This document shows, piece after piece, positions 9,524 to 20,555 of a stretch of DNA of 64,000 bases; within the stretch, counting starts at the first letter, position 1, and the number at the start of each line of letters is the position of its first letter. The position numbers and the translations under genes were made by a program. The notes under the pieces were generated by a model. It worked only from the letters and a program-made list of their open reading frames with translations. It was not told the DNA's origin and ran no database searches. The stretch comes from Planctomycetota bacterium (GTDB taxonomy: Bacteria; Planctomycetota; PLA2; JAEUHO01), in contig CBDCWP010000010.1 of assembly GCA_965223505.1 (NCBI GenBank), positions 142,971-206,970 on the forward strand, read 5' to 3'.

Positions 9524-10801
9524 ATGAACGCGACGCCGCCGCTCTCGTTCGGATTGAACAGCCGCCTCTCGTTGATGATGCTGCTGCAGTACGCCATCTG
9601 GGGCGCGTGGCTGCCGCTGTTCGTTCCGTATCTTGCGAACCACCACGGGCTGGGCGGCGCGGAGATCGGGAACCTGTTCGCGATCGGCGCCGTGGGGGCG
9701 TTGCTGGCGCCGTTCATCGCGGGGCAGATCGCCGACCGCTGGTTCAACACGGAGACGTTTCTCGGCATCAGCCACATCCTGGGCGCCGTGCTGGTGTGGC
9801 AGCTCGCCACCGTCGAGACGTACGACGGTCTGCTCTGGTTCTCGCTGGCCTATTCGCTGATCTACGCGCCGACGATTCCGCTCACCAACTCGCTCTCGTT
9901 CCACCACCTGCCCGATCGCGACCGCGACTTTGGCAAGGTCCGCGTTTGGGGCACCGTCGGCTGGATCATCGTCGGCATCGGCGTCGGGCAGTGGCTGCTG
10001 CACCGGCACACCCCCGCGGGCGCCACGGACGACGTCGTCAAGGCGGCGCAGGCGGCCGGGATCGCGGACGCGTTTCGTCTGAGCGCCATCTTGGGCGCGA
10101 TCCTGGGCGTCTTCTGCTTCACGCTGCCGAAGACGCCGCCGCTGAAGGGCAAGGAGAAGTTCGCTCCGAAGGAGGCGTTCGCCGAGATCGTGTCGCGTCC
10201 GCGAACGAATCCCTTGTTCTGGCTCTTCCTCCTGGCGTTTCCGATCTCCTGCGTGCACCAGTTCTACTTCTTCCACACGGCGAACTACCTGACCAGCCTC
10301 GCGCTCGACTCCGAGCTCATTCAGAACGTGTTCGGCGTGGGCGGCGGCGGTCTGATGACCATCGGTCAGATGGCGGAGATCGTGGTGCTGGCCGCCATGC
10401 CGTTCGTCGCGAAACGCGTCTCTCGGCGCGCGCTGTTGCTGACCGGCGTCGCCGCGTACTGCTTGCGCTTCGCCGTCTTCGCGTACCTGCCCTACGGCTG
10501 GGCCGTCGTGCCCGCCTTGGCGCTTCACGGCCTGTGCTTCGGGTGTTTCTTCTTCGTCGCGTTCATGATCGTCGACGAAAACACGACGAGCGACGTGCGT
10601 GCCAGCGCGCAGAGTTCTTTCAACTTCATCGTCATCGGGGTCGGCATCATCGTCGGCAACCTCTTCGCGGGCATGGTCGACGAGCTGGCCGCGGGGGACT
10701 ACCGCGTGCTGTTCGGCGTCCCGATGTGGGTGTCGCTGGGCGTGCTGGTCCTGTTGTTTGCGTTCTATCCTCGGAAAACCCGGGACAAGGCATCCGAATA
10801 G
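9524..10801 (+). CDS. MFS transporter of the nucleoside:H+ symporter (NupG/XapB-like, NHS) family
   Basis: 12-TM profile. NupG-like motifs (QYAIWGAWLP, VRVWGTVGWII). ATG immediately follows the upstream stop. Confidence 0.85.
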   Translation: MNATPPLSFGLNSRLSLMMLLQYAIWGAWLPLFVPYLANHHGLGGAEIGNLFAIGAVGALLAPFIAGQIADRWFNTETFLGISHILGAVLVWQLATVETYDGLLWFSLAYSLIYAPTIPLTNSLSFHHLPDRDRDFGKVRVWGTVGWIIVGIGVGQWLLHRHTPAGATDDVVKAAQAAGIADAFRLSAILGAILGVFCFTLPKTPPLKGKEKFAPKEAFAEIVSRPRTNPLFWLFLLAFPISCVHQFYFFHTANYLTSLALDSELIQNVFGVGGGGLMTIGQMAEIVVLAAMPFVAKRVSRRALLLTGVAAYCLRFAVFAYLPYGWAVVPALALHGLCFGCFFFVAFMIVDENTTSDVRASAQSSFNFIVIGVGIIVGNLFAGMVDELAAGDYRVLFGVPMWVSLGVLVLLFAFYPRKTRDKASE

Positions 10802-10839
10802 GCGGTGGTGTCCTCGAAGAACGCAGGTAGAACGCTTCG

Positions 10840-11790
10840 ATGCCCGCGTCCGCCTACACGTTTTCGGAGGACCCGCAGCTTCATCCGCTGCGGCGGCGCG
10901 AAATTCTCTCCCGGCACCCGGAAGCGAAGGATCTGACCGGGCCGTATCGACCGACGGCGTTCATCATCCTCGGGCTCGTCGGGGCCCAGCTGGCGTTGAG
11001 CTACTTCGTTCGCGACGTTCCGATCTGGTTGAATCTGGTGGGCGCCTACGTGGTCGGCGCCGTGATGAGCCACGCGCTCTACGTGATGATCCACGAAGCG
11101 ACGCACAATCTGGTGTTGAAGAAGTCCTGGGGCAACAAGCTCATGGGCATCGCCGCCAATCTGCCGACCGTCGTGCCGAGCGCAATTCCGTTCCGGAAGT
11201 ACCACCTGCTGCACCACGCCAAGATGGGGGAGCCGGATCACGACGCGGACCTTCCTTCGGCCGCGGAGGGTCGCTGGGTGGGCAACTCGACGCTACGCAA
11301 AGCGATCTGGATGCTCTTCTTCTCGATCGCGCAGTCGTTTCGGCCGGCGCAGATCCGCGGCGCGAAGCTGATCGACGGCTGGACGGTCGCCAATCTCGTC
11401 GCCGTCCTCGCGGTGGACGCCGCGGTCTGGATCTTCTTTGGTCCCACGGCGTTGCTGTATCTGACGGCGTCGACGCTGTTCGGGCTGGGGCTGCACCCGC
11501 TCGGGGGCCGCTGGATCCAGGAGCACTTCGTCACGCACCCCGGCCAGGAGACCTACTCCTACTACGGCGCCGCGAACTGGATCGCGTTCAACGTCGGCTA
11601 CCACAACGAGCACCACGACATGCTGAACGTGGCCTGGAACCGGTTGCCCGCGCTGCGTCGCACGGCGCCCGAGCTCTACGACGATCTCGTCTCGTATCGT
11701 TCGTGGACGGCGGTCTTGCTGCGGTTCATCTTCGACCGCAACCTGTCACCGCATTCGCGCGTCGTTCGGGCGGGCAAAGCGAGCCTCTGA
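10840..11790 (+). CDS. Sphingolipid delta4-desaturase (dihydroceramide desaturase, DEGS/Des1-like) family fatty-acid desaturase
   Basis: Three His boxes (HEATHN, HLLHH, HNEHH). N-terminal Lipid_DES-like region (LRRREILSRHPEAKDL...) closely parallels eukaryotic DEGS1. Confidence 0.9.
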   Translation: MPASAYTFSEDPQLHPLRRREILSRHPEAKDLTGPYRPTAFIILGLVGAQLALSYFVRDVPIWLNLVGAYVVGAVMSHALYVMIHEATHNLVLKKSWGNKLMGIAANLPTVVPSAIPFRKYHLLHHAKMGEPDHDADLPSAAEGRWVGNSTLRKAIWMLFFSIAQSFRPAQIRGAKLIDGWTVANLVAVLAVDAAVWIFFGPTALLYLTASTLFGLGLHPLGGRWIQEHFVTHPGQETYSYYGAANWIAFNVGYHNEHHDMLNVAWNRLPALRRTAPELYDDLVSYRSWTAVLLRFIFDRNLSPHSRVVRAGKASL

Positions 11791-11809
11791 CCGGGGTAGG
11801 GGAGAGGGC

Positions 11810-11926
11810 ATGCGAGTCGTGGCGCGTGCCGCTTGGTGGTTGCTCGAGCTGCCGTTCTTCGTCCTGTACTGCACGTCCTGGGGATGGGCGCACGCGCACC
11901 CGCCCGGCGGCCTCGCCGAGATCTGA
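11810..11926 (+). CDS. Possible 38-aa hydrophobic micro-protein downstream of the desaturase
   Basis: ATG preceded by GGAG at -9. High GC3. Sequence MRVVARAAWWLLELPFFVLYCTSWGWAHAHPPGGLAEI. Confidence 0.25.
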   Translation: MRVVARAAWWLLELPFFVLYCTSWGWAHAHPPGGLAEI

Positions 11927-12090
11927 CGCGTCTTCTATCCGCGTCGCAAGACGCAGCCGATGTGGAGCGAGGTCTTCGCGTAGCCGCCGCGCCGGCACGA
12001 CGGCCATGAGCGGCGCCCCGGGGCTGTTGACGCGTCGCGGAAGTGCGTTGTAGCCTCTCGGCCCTCGACCCATAGGAGGAGGGCTTTCGC

Positions 12091-12612
12091 ATGCAGCAAC
12101 ACGGAAGATACGGACTCGCGATTCTGGGGCTCGCCGTTTTTGCACTCTTGCTCGTGCCCGAAGTCACGCAGGCCCGCACCCGCACCGGAACGGACCTGGG
12201 CGCGCGAGTGGCGGCCCTGGAGGAACAGCAGGCGACCAACGCGGAGGACATCGCCGCCAACGCGGCTGACCTCCTCGCGCACATGAGCAGCGGCGATCAC
12301 GACGACCGCTACGTACGAGACAGTGGCGAGGATCTACGCCTGATCCGCGGGGGACTGGCGCCGGACGCTACGATCGTGTTCGGCGACGGGTTCACCGCGA
12401 GCAATCCCGAGACCGGCGTGTACGTGATCACGTTCGACGAGGCGTTTTCGGACGAACCCGCAGCCGTCGCGACCATCTTCAATGACGAGGAGGGCGGCTT
12501 CACCGTCGTCAGGGTCGACGACGAGGTCGACCAGGTGACGTTCAATACGTACGACGCCTCGAACGCCGCGGCCGACGTCGACATCGATTTCGTCATCGTG
12601 GGCCCGCAATAG
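12091..12612 (+). CDS. Secreted hypothetical protein (signal peptide, coiled-coil N-terminal part, beta-rich C-terminal part)
   Basis: Signal peptide (GLAILGLAVFALLLVPEVTQA). High GC3. No family recognised. Confidence 0.55.
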   Translation: MQQHGRYGLAILGLAVFALLLVPEVTQARTRTGTDLGARVAALEEQQATNAEDIAANAADLLAHMSSGDHDDRYVRDSGEDLRLIRGGLAPDATIVFGDGFTASNPETGVYVITFDEAFSDEPAAVATIFNDEEGGFTVVRVDDEVDQVTFNTYDASNAAADVDIDFVIVGPQ

Positions 12613-12622
12613 CAGCCGAGAC

Positions 12623-12654
12623 ACGCACCGGCGTCCGTCGGAAGGCCGGTGCGT
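12623..12654. terminator. Perfect 10-bp inverted repeat (ACGCACCGGC / GCCGGTGCGT, 12-nt loop) between the convergent genes 12091-12612 and 12703-13383; candidate bidirectional terminator hairpin
   Basis: Seen directly in sequence. No U-tract, as is common in high-GC genomes. Confidence 0.3.
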
Positions 12655-12702
12655 CACGTATCGCTGGGATCGCTCGCGCACCGCGTCGTGCGCCGCGGCC
12701 GC

Positions 12703-13383
12703 CTACCAGACGCCCGGGATGATCCGGAAACGTACGCGGGCGGCGTACGCGGCGTAGCCGTCGAGCTCGCTGCGCAGCGTCCGGTCTTCGAGCGCCGCCC
12801 GTAGGAAGACCCACATCACGACCACGGCGGCCCCCGGCAGCGCCCACAGGCTGCGCAAGACCAGCGGGATGCCGAGCGTGAGCACGAGGAACCCGACGTA
12901 GCCGGGATGACGAACGTACCCGTACGGGCCCGTGTCGATCACGCGATGACCGCGGTCCGTCTGGATGCGGACCGTCGACTCGAAGTGCGGGTTGACCAGC
13001 ATGGCCCAGAGCAAGAAGGCATAGCCGGCGGCGTACAGGCCGATGCCGACGTACACCCACGACGCGTGAAGCCGAGGCCAGCCGAACCGAACGCCGAATG
13101 ACGGCACGACGACCAAGCCGACGAAGATCAGCTTCAACGCACCCATCAAGTAGAGGTCCCAGCGCTTCGTGCCCTTGCCGATGCGTGTCCTGCGGCCCAC
13201 GAGCTCCGGCTGGAAGCGCGCCAGAAGCAAGGTCGTGACCAACCAGGTGAGGAAGATCAATGCGACGAAGATCCAGCCTTCGGGCCACTGCCAGGTCCCG
13301 GCCGGCCAGAACACCATGGCGAGCAGCGAGCCGAATCCGATCAGGATCAGCATCGATACGCGCAGGAGCTCGGGTCTAGTCAA
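12703..13383 (-). CDS. Isoprenylcysteine carboxyl methyltransferase (ICMT) / phospholipid methyltransferase family membrane protein
   Basis: Multi-TM protein with C-terminal RHPGY motif (YGYVRHPGYVGFLVL). Confidence 0.8.
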   Translation of the reverse strand: MTRPELLRVSMLILIGFGSLLAMVFWPAGTWQWPEGWIFVALIFLTWLVTTLLLARFQPELVGRRTRIGKGTKRWDLYLMGALKLIFVGLVVVPSFGVRFGWPRLHASWVYVGIGLYAAGYAFLLWAMLVNPHFESTVRIQTDRGHRVIDTGPYGYVRHPGYVGFLVLTLGIPLVLRSLWALPGAAVVVMWVFLRAALEDRTLRSELDGYAAYAARVRFRIIPGVW

Positions 13384-14098
13384 AGACGTCGCCCCAGAAC
13401 GACTTCCAGCTCGGGCGGTCGGCCAGCCCGTCGATCAGCGCGAGCGGTGCGACGATCCAGATGAAGGGCAGTACGAGGCCCATCACGAAGTCCGTGTGCG
13501 AGTCGGCGCAGAACAGGATCACGTAGGCGAGCCAGCCGACGAGCAGCACGATGTGGAACGTTGCGGCGGTCTTGCGCCCGCCTTCCGCGGACAAGAGGCG
13601 AACGACGACCGTCGCGTGCATGAGCCATGCGATGCCCATGATCGACAGCACGACGATCTCGAACGCGTTGAGCGTGATCGGGATCTCCGGGCCGATGCTG
13701 AACACGGCGAGATCGTCGTCGGGCAGGTGCCGGCGCGCGGAGTGCAGCATGATCAGCGCGAAGACGAGCGCGATGGTGAGTGTCACGATCAACGTACGGC
13801 GCGCCGAGAGTCGCTTCGAGCGCTCCCAGGCGAGGTGGTTCTCGGGCTTCGGCTCCGGCTTGGGCCTGGAACGTTCCCTCCGGCGGGGCGTGGGCGGCTG
13901 CGACACGTCGACGAACTCGCGAACGTCGTCGGCGTGCCGCTCGCCACTGTCGGTGTTTTCGTCGGGGATCAAGGGATCGCTCAAGAGTGTCGTCGTTCGC
14001 TCCCAGCCGATGAAAATGTAGCTTGGATCAGGACGGTCGACACGAACCGGGCCGCGGAGAGCGCGGGCCGCAGGACCCGCCCTTGCGCGAAGATCCAC
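13376..14098 (-). CDS. Hypothetical polytopic membrane protein (start uncertain)
   Basis: Several TM helices. Stop overlaps the downstream ICMT-like gene start by 8 nt. High GC3. Confidence 0.55.
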   Translation of the reverse strand: MDLRARAGPAARALRGPVRVDRPDPSYIFIGWERTTTLLSDPLIPDENTDSGERHADDVREFVDVSQPPTPRRRERSRPKPEPKPENHLAWERSKRLSARRTLIVTLTIALVFALIMLHSARRHLPDDDLAVFSIGPEIPITLNAFEIVVLSIMGIAWLMHATVVVRLLSAEGGRKTAATFHIVLLVGWLAYVILFCADSHTDFVMGLVLPFIWIVAPLALIDGLADRPSWKSFWGDVFD

Positions 14099-14122
14099 CG
14101 ATCTTGCGCAGGACGCGCGACG

Positions 14123-14507
14123 TCACGAGGCGTCCGGATCGACGGGGACGCGAATGGAGCGAATCCACCATCGGCCGACGCGCCGTCGGCCGTCCCGCCG
14201 GCCGATTAGGCGAATGATCGCCCCGCACTTCGTGCGCACCTCGAAACCGTGGCGGCGCACGTACTGATCGACGCCCGGCGCGTCACCGGAGCTGACCTCG
14301 CGCCAGGAGCGCCGGAGCGTCTCGACCTCGTAGCGGGTGCCGCGCCAGTGGAACACGTGCGGAAACCCGGGCTCGCCGCGACTCATGGCGGCGGTGTCCC
14401 AGGTGCCCGGCTCGGGCTCGATGCGCTCCATGACGGAACGGAATGTCTCGTCGTCTGCGGCCATCCGCTTCCGATCGTACGCGGCCCCGTATGCTCTGCG
14501 CTCGAAG

Positions 14508-14527
<20 letters not shown>
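14123..14527 (-). CDS. Hypothetical protein; the true start may be an internal Met near 14464
   Basis: ORF-track protein with coding-like composition (HWRGTRYEVETLRRSWRE...). Divergent from the MutS-like gene. No family recognised. Confidence 0.35.
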
Positions 14528-16310
<1,783 letters not shown>

Positions 16311-16369
16311 ATCCGACCGGGCGTGAACCGCGCCGCCCCGATTCCGTCCAAAGGCGTATGGAGGTCCTC

Positions 16370-17995
16370 ATGCGTCGCCATCTCGCCCTCGTTTGCGTTC
16401 TGCTCCTCGGCGCCTGCGGGGAGCCTCCCCGGGAGGAACGCCACGAAGAAGCGCGGGCCTACGACCAGGTCGAGGTGCCGGAGGCCACGAGCCTATCGGG
16501 GCGCGCGATCGAGCGGCGCGAGGACGGCCCCTGGACGGTGCGCCGGGCGGCGGCCCCCGGACCGGCAAACGGAGCCGAGGAGAAGGCGCGCTTCTCCGGG
16601 GCGATGGGTGGCCCGCCCTCCGGGCCGGCCGGATCGGTCGAGGCGCCGGTGATGAAGGACGAGGAGATCGACGATCACGTCGAGACCGACCACGATCTGC
16701 CGCTCGCGGAAGGCGACCCGGAGGACGCGTCGGAGGCCGGCCTGTCCGACGCCCCGTTCGAGGGGCCGAGCAGCACGGGCGTGGTGGGCGTCGCCGGTGG
16801 CGGGGGCGCGCCCCGGCCGAGAGCGCCCGCGAGGACCGAACGCATGCGTGGACGCCTCGGCAGCGCCGGCACCCCGCTGAAGGCCGGCACCACCGATGAC
16901 AACGAGCAGTTCGACGCCTTTCTCGAGTTTCTCGCGACGTGGTCCGACCGGGACGGCGTTGCCGATCGTTACGATCCGATCGACGTGCGCGACCGTCGCT
17001 ATGTGCGCGTCGTCGACGGCAAGGGCGACATCGTGCCCGCCGCGCGCGTCTACATCGTCGACGAAGCGCGGGACGCCGTCGTCCTCAGCGCGACGACGTA
17101 CGGCGACGGCCGTGTTCCGTTCTACCCGCGGGCTCACGCCGCGAGCCTCGCGCCAACGCCCGAACCTGCGCCCGCAAACGGCTACCTCGTCGAGGTTCGC
17201 AAGGGCGACGCCCGCAAGCGCATGCGCTGGAACGGCGAAGACGACGAGCTGACGATCGCGCTCGATACCGAGATCGCGGCGGAAACCGTCGTGAAGCTCG
17301 ACGTCTGCTTCGTGATCGACACGACCGGGTCGATGTCGGACGAGATCGCGCGCATCAAGGCGACGCTGCTGTCCGTGACCGGCCGATTGCGCGGTCTCGC
17401 ACGCGAATTCGACCTGAAGTACGGCGCCGTGCTCTATCGCGATCTCGGCGATCCGTACGTGACGATGGCGCACCCCTTCACACGCGACGTCGAGGCGTTC
17501 TCGAAGGCGCTTCAGAGCGTGCAAGCCGGCGGCGGCGGCGACACGCCCGAGAGCCTCAATCAGGGCCTGGCGGAGGGCGTCGGTCGCCTTGCCTGGCGCG
17601 AAGGCGCAGCGAAGGTGATGTTCCTCATCGCGGACGCGCCGGCGCACATGGACTACGAAGGCGACGTCAAGTACGGCACGAGCCTCCGCGCGGCGCTCGA
17701 CAAGGGCATTCGCATCCACGCCGTCGCGGCGAGCGGGCTCGACGCGTTCGGGAGCCTCATGTTCCGCCAGATCGCCCAGTTCACGCGCGGCAAGTTCGTG
17801 TTCATCGAATACGGGGGCAACGTCGCCCAGAGCGGCGCGAAACACGGCGTCAAGGGCGCCAAGAAGAGCAACAACCTCGACGACATCCTCTACGAGCAAA
17901 TCGAGCGCGAGCTGGCCGAGTGGGGCCGCGAGCAACGCGCGACGGGCGCCGGCGACGCTGCGGCTGCGGTCCAGAGCGAGCAAACCAGGCGCTAG
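16370..17995 (+). CDS. von Willebrand factor type A (VWA) domain lipoprotein
   Basis: GGAGG Shine-Dalgarno 5 nt upstream. Lipoprotein signal (MRRHLALVCVLLLGAC). MIDAS motif DTTGSMSDE. Confidence 0.8.
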   Translation: MRRHLALVCVLLLGACGEPPREERHEEARAYDQVEVPEATSLSGRAIERREDGPWTVRRAAAPGPANGAEEKARFSGAMGGPPSGPAGSVEAPVMKDEEIDDHVETDHDLPLAEGDPEDASEAGLSDAPFEGPSSTGVVGVAGGGGAPRPRAPARTERMRGRLGSAGTPLKAGTTDDNEQFDAFLEFLATWSDRDGVADRYDPIDVRDRRYVRVVDGKGDIVPAARVYIVDEARDAVVLSATTYGDGRVPFYPRAHAASLAPTPEPAPANGYLVEVRKGDARKRMRWNGEDDELTIALDTEIAAETVVKLDVCFVIDTTGSMSDEIARIKATLLSVTGRLRGLAREFDLKYGAVLYRDLGDPYVTMAHPFTRDVEAFSKALQSVQAGGGGDTPESLNQGLAEGVGRLAWREGAAKVMFLIADAPAHMDYEGDVKYGTSLRAALDKGIRIHAVAASGLDAFGSLMFRQIAQFTRGKFVFIEYGGNVAQSGAKHGVKGAKKSNNLDDILYEQIERELAEWGREQRATGAGDAAAAVQSEQTRR

Positions 17996-17997
17996 AA

Positions 17998-18018
17998 GCC
18001 CCGTTCGGGGCCGTTTCG
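17998..18018 (+). terminator. GC hairpin (GCCCC gttc GGGGC) followed by CGTTTCG just after the VWA gene stop; candidate intrinsic terminator
   Basis: Seen in sequence 3 nt after the TAG stop. Confidence 0.35.
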
Positions 18019-18325
18019 ACCTGAACGATCCGTTCAGCAATGCGTGCAACGAAGCATGCAGTCGATGCCTCGTGCAACGCCCGTCGCGCGCCCCGACCGC
18101 CGCGGCGGGTCCACCCGCACCCCTTGCGCCGCCGAAGGCCGATGGGCACAATCTCGGGCCCAGAAATTAGGCGTTTGCAGCCTGGTTCGCGGGCCGGGGG
18201 CGCGAGGGCCGGGCGCGTTCCCCGTAGGGCGTTGGATGTTCGTGGCACCGGGTGGGGGCACGCGATTTGCCCCTGGGAGGGCGGCAACCCGAACCCGGGT
18301 TGCGCGGGCTTTCGGAGGACCGCAC

Positions 18326-18883
18326 GTGGAGCACACGATCTATCTCGTACTCGCCGTGGGCGGATGCAGCTTGATGCTGCTGCAGATCGTCCTGCAGGTG
18401 TTCGGCCTCGTGGACGACGTCGGCGACGCCGACATCGAAGCGGCCGACATGGACGCCGATCACGGCGCCGCGGGCAACTGGTTCTTCGGCTTTCTTTCGT
18501 TCAAAGCGCTCGTCGCGTTCTGCGGCGTCTTCGGATTGACCGGACTGATCCTGATCGACACCGACATGTCGACCTGGCTCCGCATTCTCTGCGCTCTGCA
18601 AGCCGGCGTCGTCGCGATGCTCGCGGTCGCGTGGCTCATGCGCATGCTGCACAACCTGTCCAGCTCGGGCACCCTCGACATCAAGAACACGATCGGCATC
18701 GAGGGAAAGGTGTACCTGCGCATCCCGGCGGAGAAGGGCGGCGCGGGCAAGGTCACGCTCGAGGTGCAGGGCCGCAGCGTGGAGCTGCCGGCCATGACCG
18801 ACGGGGAAGAGATCGCGACGGGCGCACGCGTACGCGTGACCGAAGCCCTCGGCGACGACACGGTGAAGGTCGAGCCCGCCTAG
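18326..18883 (+). CDS. NfeD-like (YuaF-type) membrane protein with C-terminal OB-fold beta-barrel
   Basis: GTG start with a GGAGGA Shine-Dalgarno 6 nt upstream. TM helices, then GKVYLRIPAEKGGAGKVTLEVQGRSVELPAM. Directly precedes a flotillin gene. Confidence 0.6.
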   Translation: MEHTIYLVLAVGGCSLMLLQIVLQVFGLVDDVGDADIEAADMDADHGAAGNWFFGFLSFKALVAFCGVFGLTGLILIDTDMSTWLRILCALQAGVVAMLAVAWLMRMLHNLSSSGTLDIKNTIGIEGKVYLRIPAEKGGAGKVTLEVQGRSVELPAMTDGEEIATGARVRVTEALGDDTVKVEPA

Positions 18884-18908
18884 AAATCAACGAACAAGGG
18901 AGTTTGTC

Positions 18909-20546
18909 TTGCCTCATTCGCTCATGACGCCGGCCGCCAACTTCGACCTCACCGATCCCACGGTGATGCTCGTCGCCTTCGCGGTCTTGTTCCTGTTCAG
19001 CTTCCTGATCCTGCTGATCAAGCGCTACAAGCGCTGTCCGTCCAACAAGATCCTCGTCGTCTACGGCAAGGTCGGCGGCGGCGGCGCCTCGAAGTGCATT
19101 CACGGCGGCGGCGCGTTCATCTGGCCGCTGATCCAGAACTACGAGTTCCTCGACCTCGAGCCGCGGCAGATCGAGATCCCGTTGCGCGGCGCGCTGTCGA
19201 TCGAGAACATCCGCGTGAACGTTCCGTCGATCTTCACCGTTGCGGTCGGGACCGAGACGGGCGTGATGAACAACGCCGCGATCCGCCTGCTGGGGTTGGG
19301 GCACAAGGAGATCGAGGCCCAGGCGCGCGACATCATCTTCGGCCAGCTGCGCCAGGTGATCGCCTCCATGCAGATCGAGGAGATCAACCGGGACCGCGAC
19401 TCCTTCCTCGAACGTGTGCAGTCGTCTCTCGAGCCGGAGCTCAAGAAGATCGGCCTCGTGCTGATCAACGTGAACATCACCGACATCACGGACGAGTCCG
19501 GCTACATCGAAGCCATCGGCCGTAAAGCGGCCGCGACCGCGATCCAGCAGGCCGAGATCGACGTCGCCGATCAGGAGAAGAAGGGCTCGGTCGGCGTCGC
19601 GGAGGCCAACCGCGAGAAGGACGTGCGGGTCGCGGAGGCGATCAAGGACCGCGACATCGGCACCAAGGCGGCGGATCGGGAGCGTCTCGTTCAGGTCGCG
19701 GACCTCGACAAGGAGACCAAGATCGGCGAGCAGCGCGCGGCGTATCAGCGCGACGCGGAGATCGCGGACGCGGAGCGCGAAAAGCGCGTGCGGGTCGCGG
19801 ACGCGGACGCGCAGGCCGTCACCGGCGAGAACACGGCCAAGGCGCAGATCGCCAAGGCGGATGCCGATCTGCAGGTCGAGCGCGCCGAAGCGTTCCAGCG
19901 CGGCGAGACGCGCAAGCGCGTCGCCGAAGCCGAGGTCTTCAAGGCGCAATACGAAGCGCAGGCGGAAGCCGCGAAGGCCGAGGCCGCGAAGGTCGAGCAG
20001 GAGAAGATGGCCGACCTCGTGGCGCCCGCGAAGGCGACCAAGGCCAAGGTCATGGTCGACGCCGAGGCGGAAGCCGAGAAACGGCGCATCGAGGCCGAGG
20101 GTGAAGCCAAGGCGATCTACGCCAAGCTCGAAGCCGAGGCGCGGGGTCAGTACGAGATCCTGGCCAAGAAGGGCCAGGGCTTCGGAGAGATCGTCCAGGC
20201 CTGCGGCAGTGCGCAGGCGGCCTTCCAGATGCTCATGCTCGAGCACATGGATCACCTGTCCGAGAACGCGGCCAAGGCCATCTCGAACATCAAGTTCGAC
20301 AAGGTCGTGGTCTGGGACTCCGGATCGGTGGACGGCGGCGGCAGCGCCACGTCGAACTTCCTCTCGAACATGGCCGGCTCGTTGCCTCCGATGCTCCACA
20401 TGATGAAGGACATCGGCGGTGTCGAGATGCCGGAGTTCTTCGGCAAGCTCGTCGACGCCGAGAAGGCGAAGGACGTCAAGCCCGCCAGGCCCACCAAGCG
20501 TGGAAAGGGCGCGGACGAGGACAGCAGCGGCGGCGGCAAGGCGTAG
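18909..20546 (+). CDS. Flotillin (SPFH/band-7 domain, FloT/YuaG-like)
   Basis: N-terminal TM, SPFH domain, and long Ala/Glu/Lys-rich coiled-coil 'flotillin' repeats. Confidence 0.85.
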   Translation: MPHSLMTPAANFDLTDPTVMLVAFAVLFLFSFLILLIKRYKRCPSNKILVVYGKVGGGGASKCIHGGGAFIWPLIQNYEFLDLEPRQIEIPLRGALSIENIRVNVPSIFTVAVGTETGVMNNAAIRLLGLGHKEIEAQARDIIFGQLRQVIASMQIEEINRDRDSFLERVQSSLEPELKKIGLVLINVNITDITDESGYIEAIGRKAAATAIQQAEIDVADQEKKGSVGVAEANREKDVRVAEAIKDRDIGTKAADRERLVQVADLDKETKIGEQRAAYQRDAEIADAEREKRVRVADADAQAVTGENTAKAQIAKADADLQVERAEAFQRGETRKRVAEAEVFKAQYEAQAEAAKAEAAKVEQEKMADLVAPAKATKAKVMVDAEAEAEKRRIEAEGEAKAIYAKLEAEARGQYEILAKKGQGFGEIVQACGSAQAAFQMLMLEHMDHLSENAAKAISNIKFDKVVVWDSGSVDGGGSATSNFLSNMAGSLPPMLHMMKDIGGVEMPEFFGKLVDAEKAKDVKPARPTKRGKGADEDSSGGGKA

Positions 20547-20555
20547 CCTCGACAG

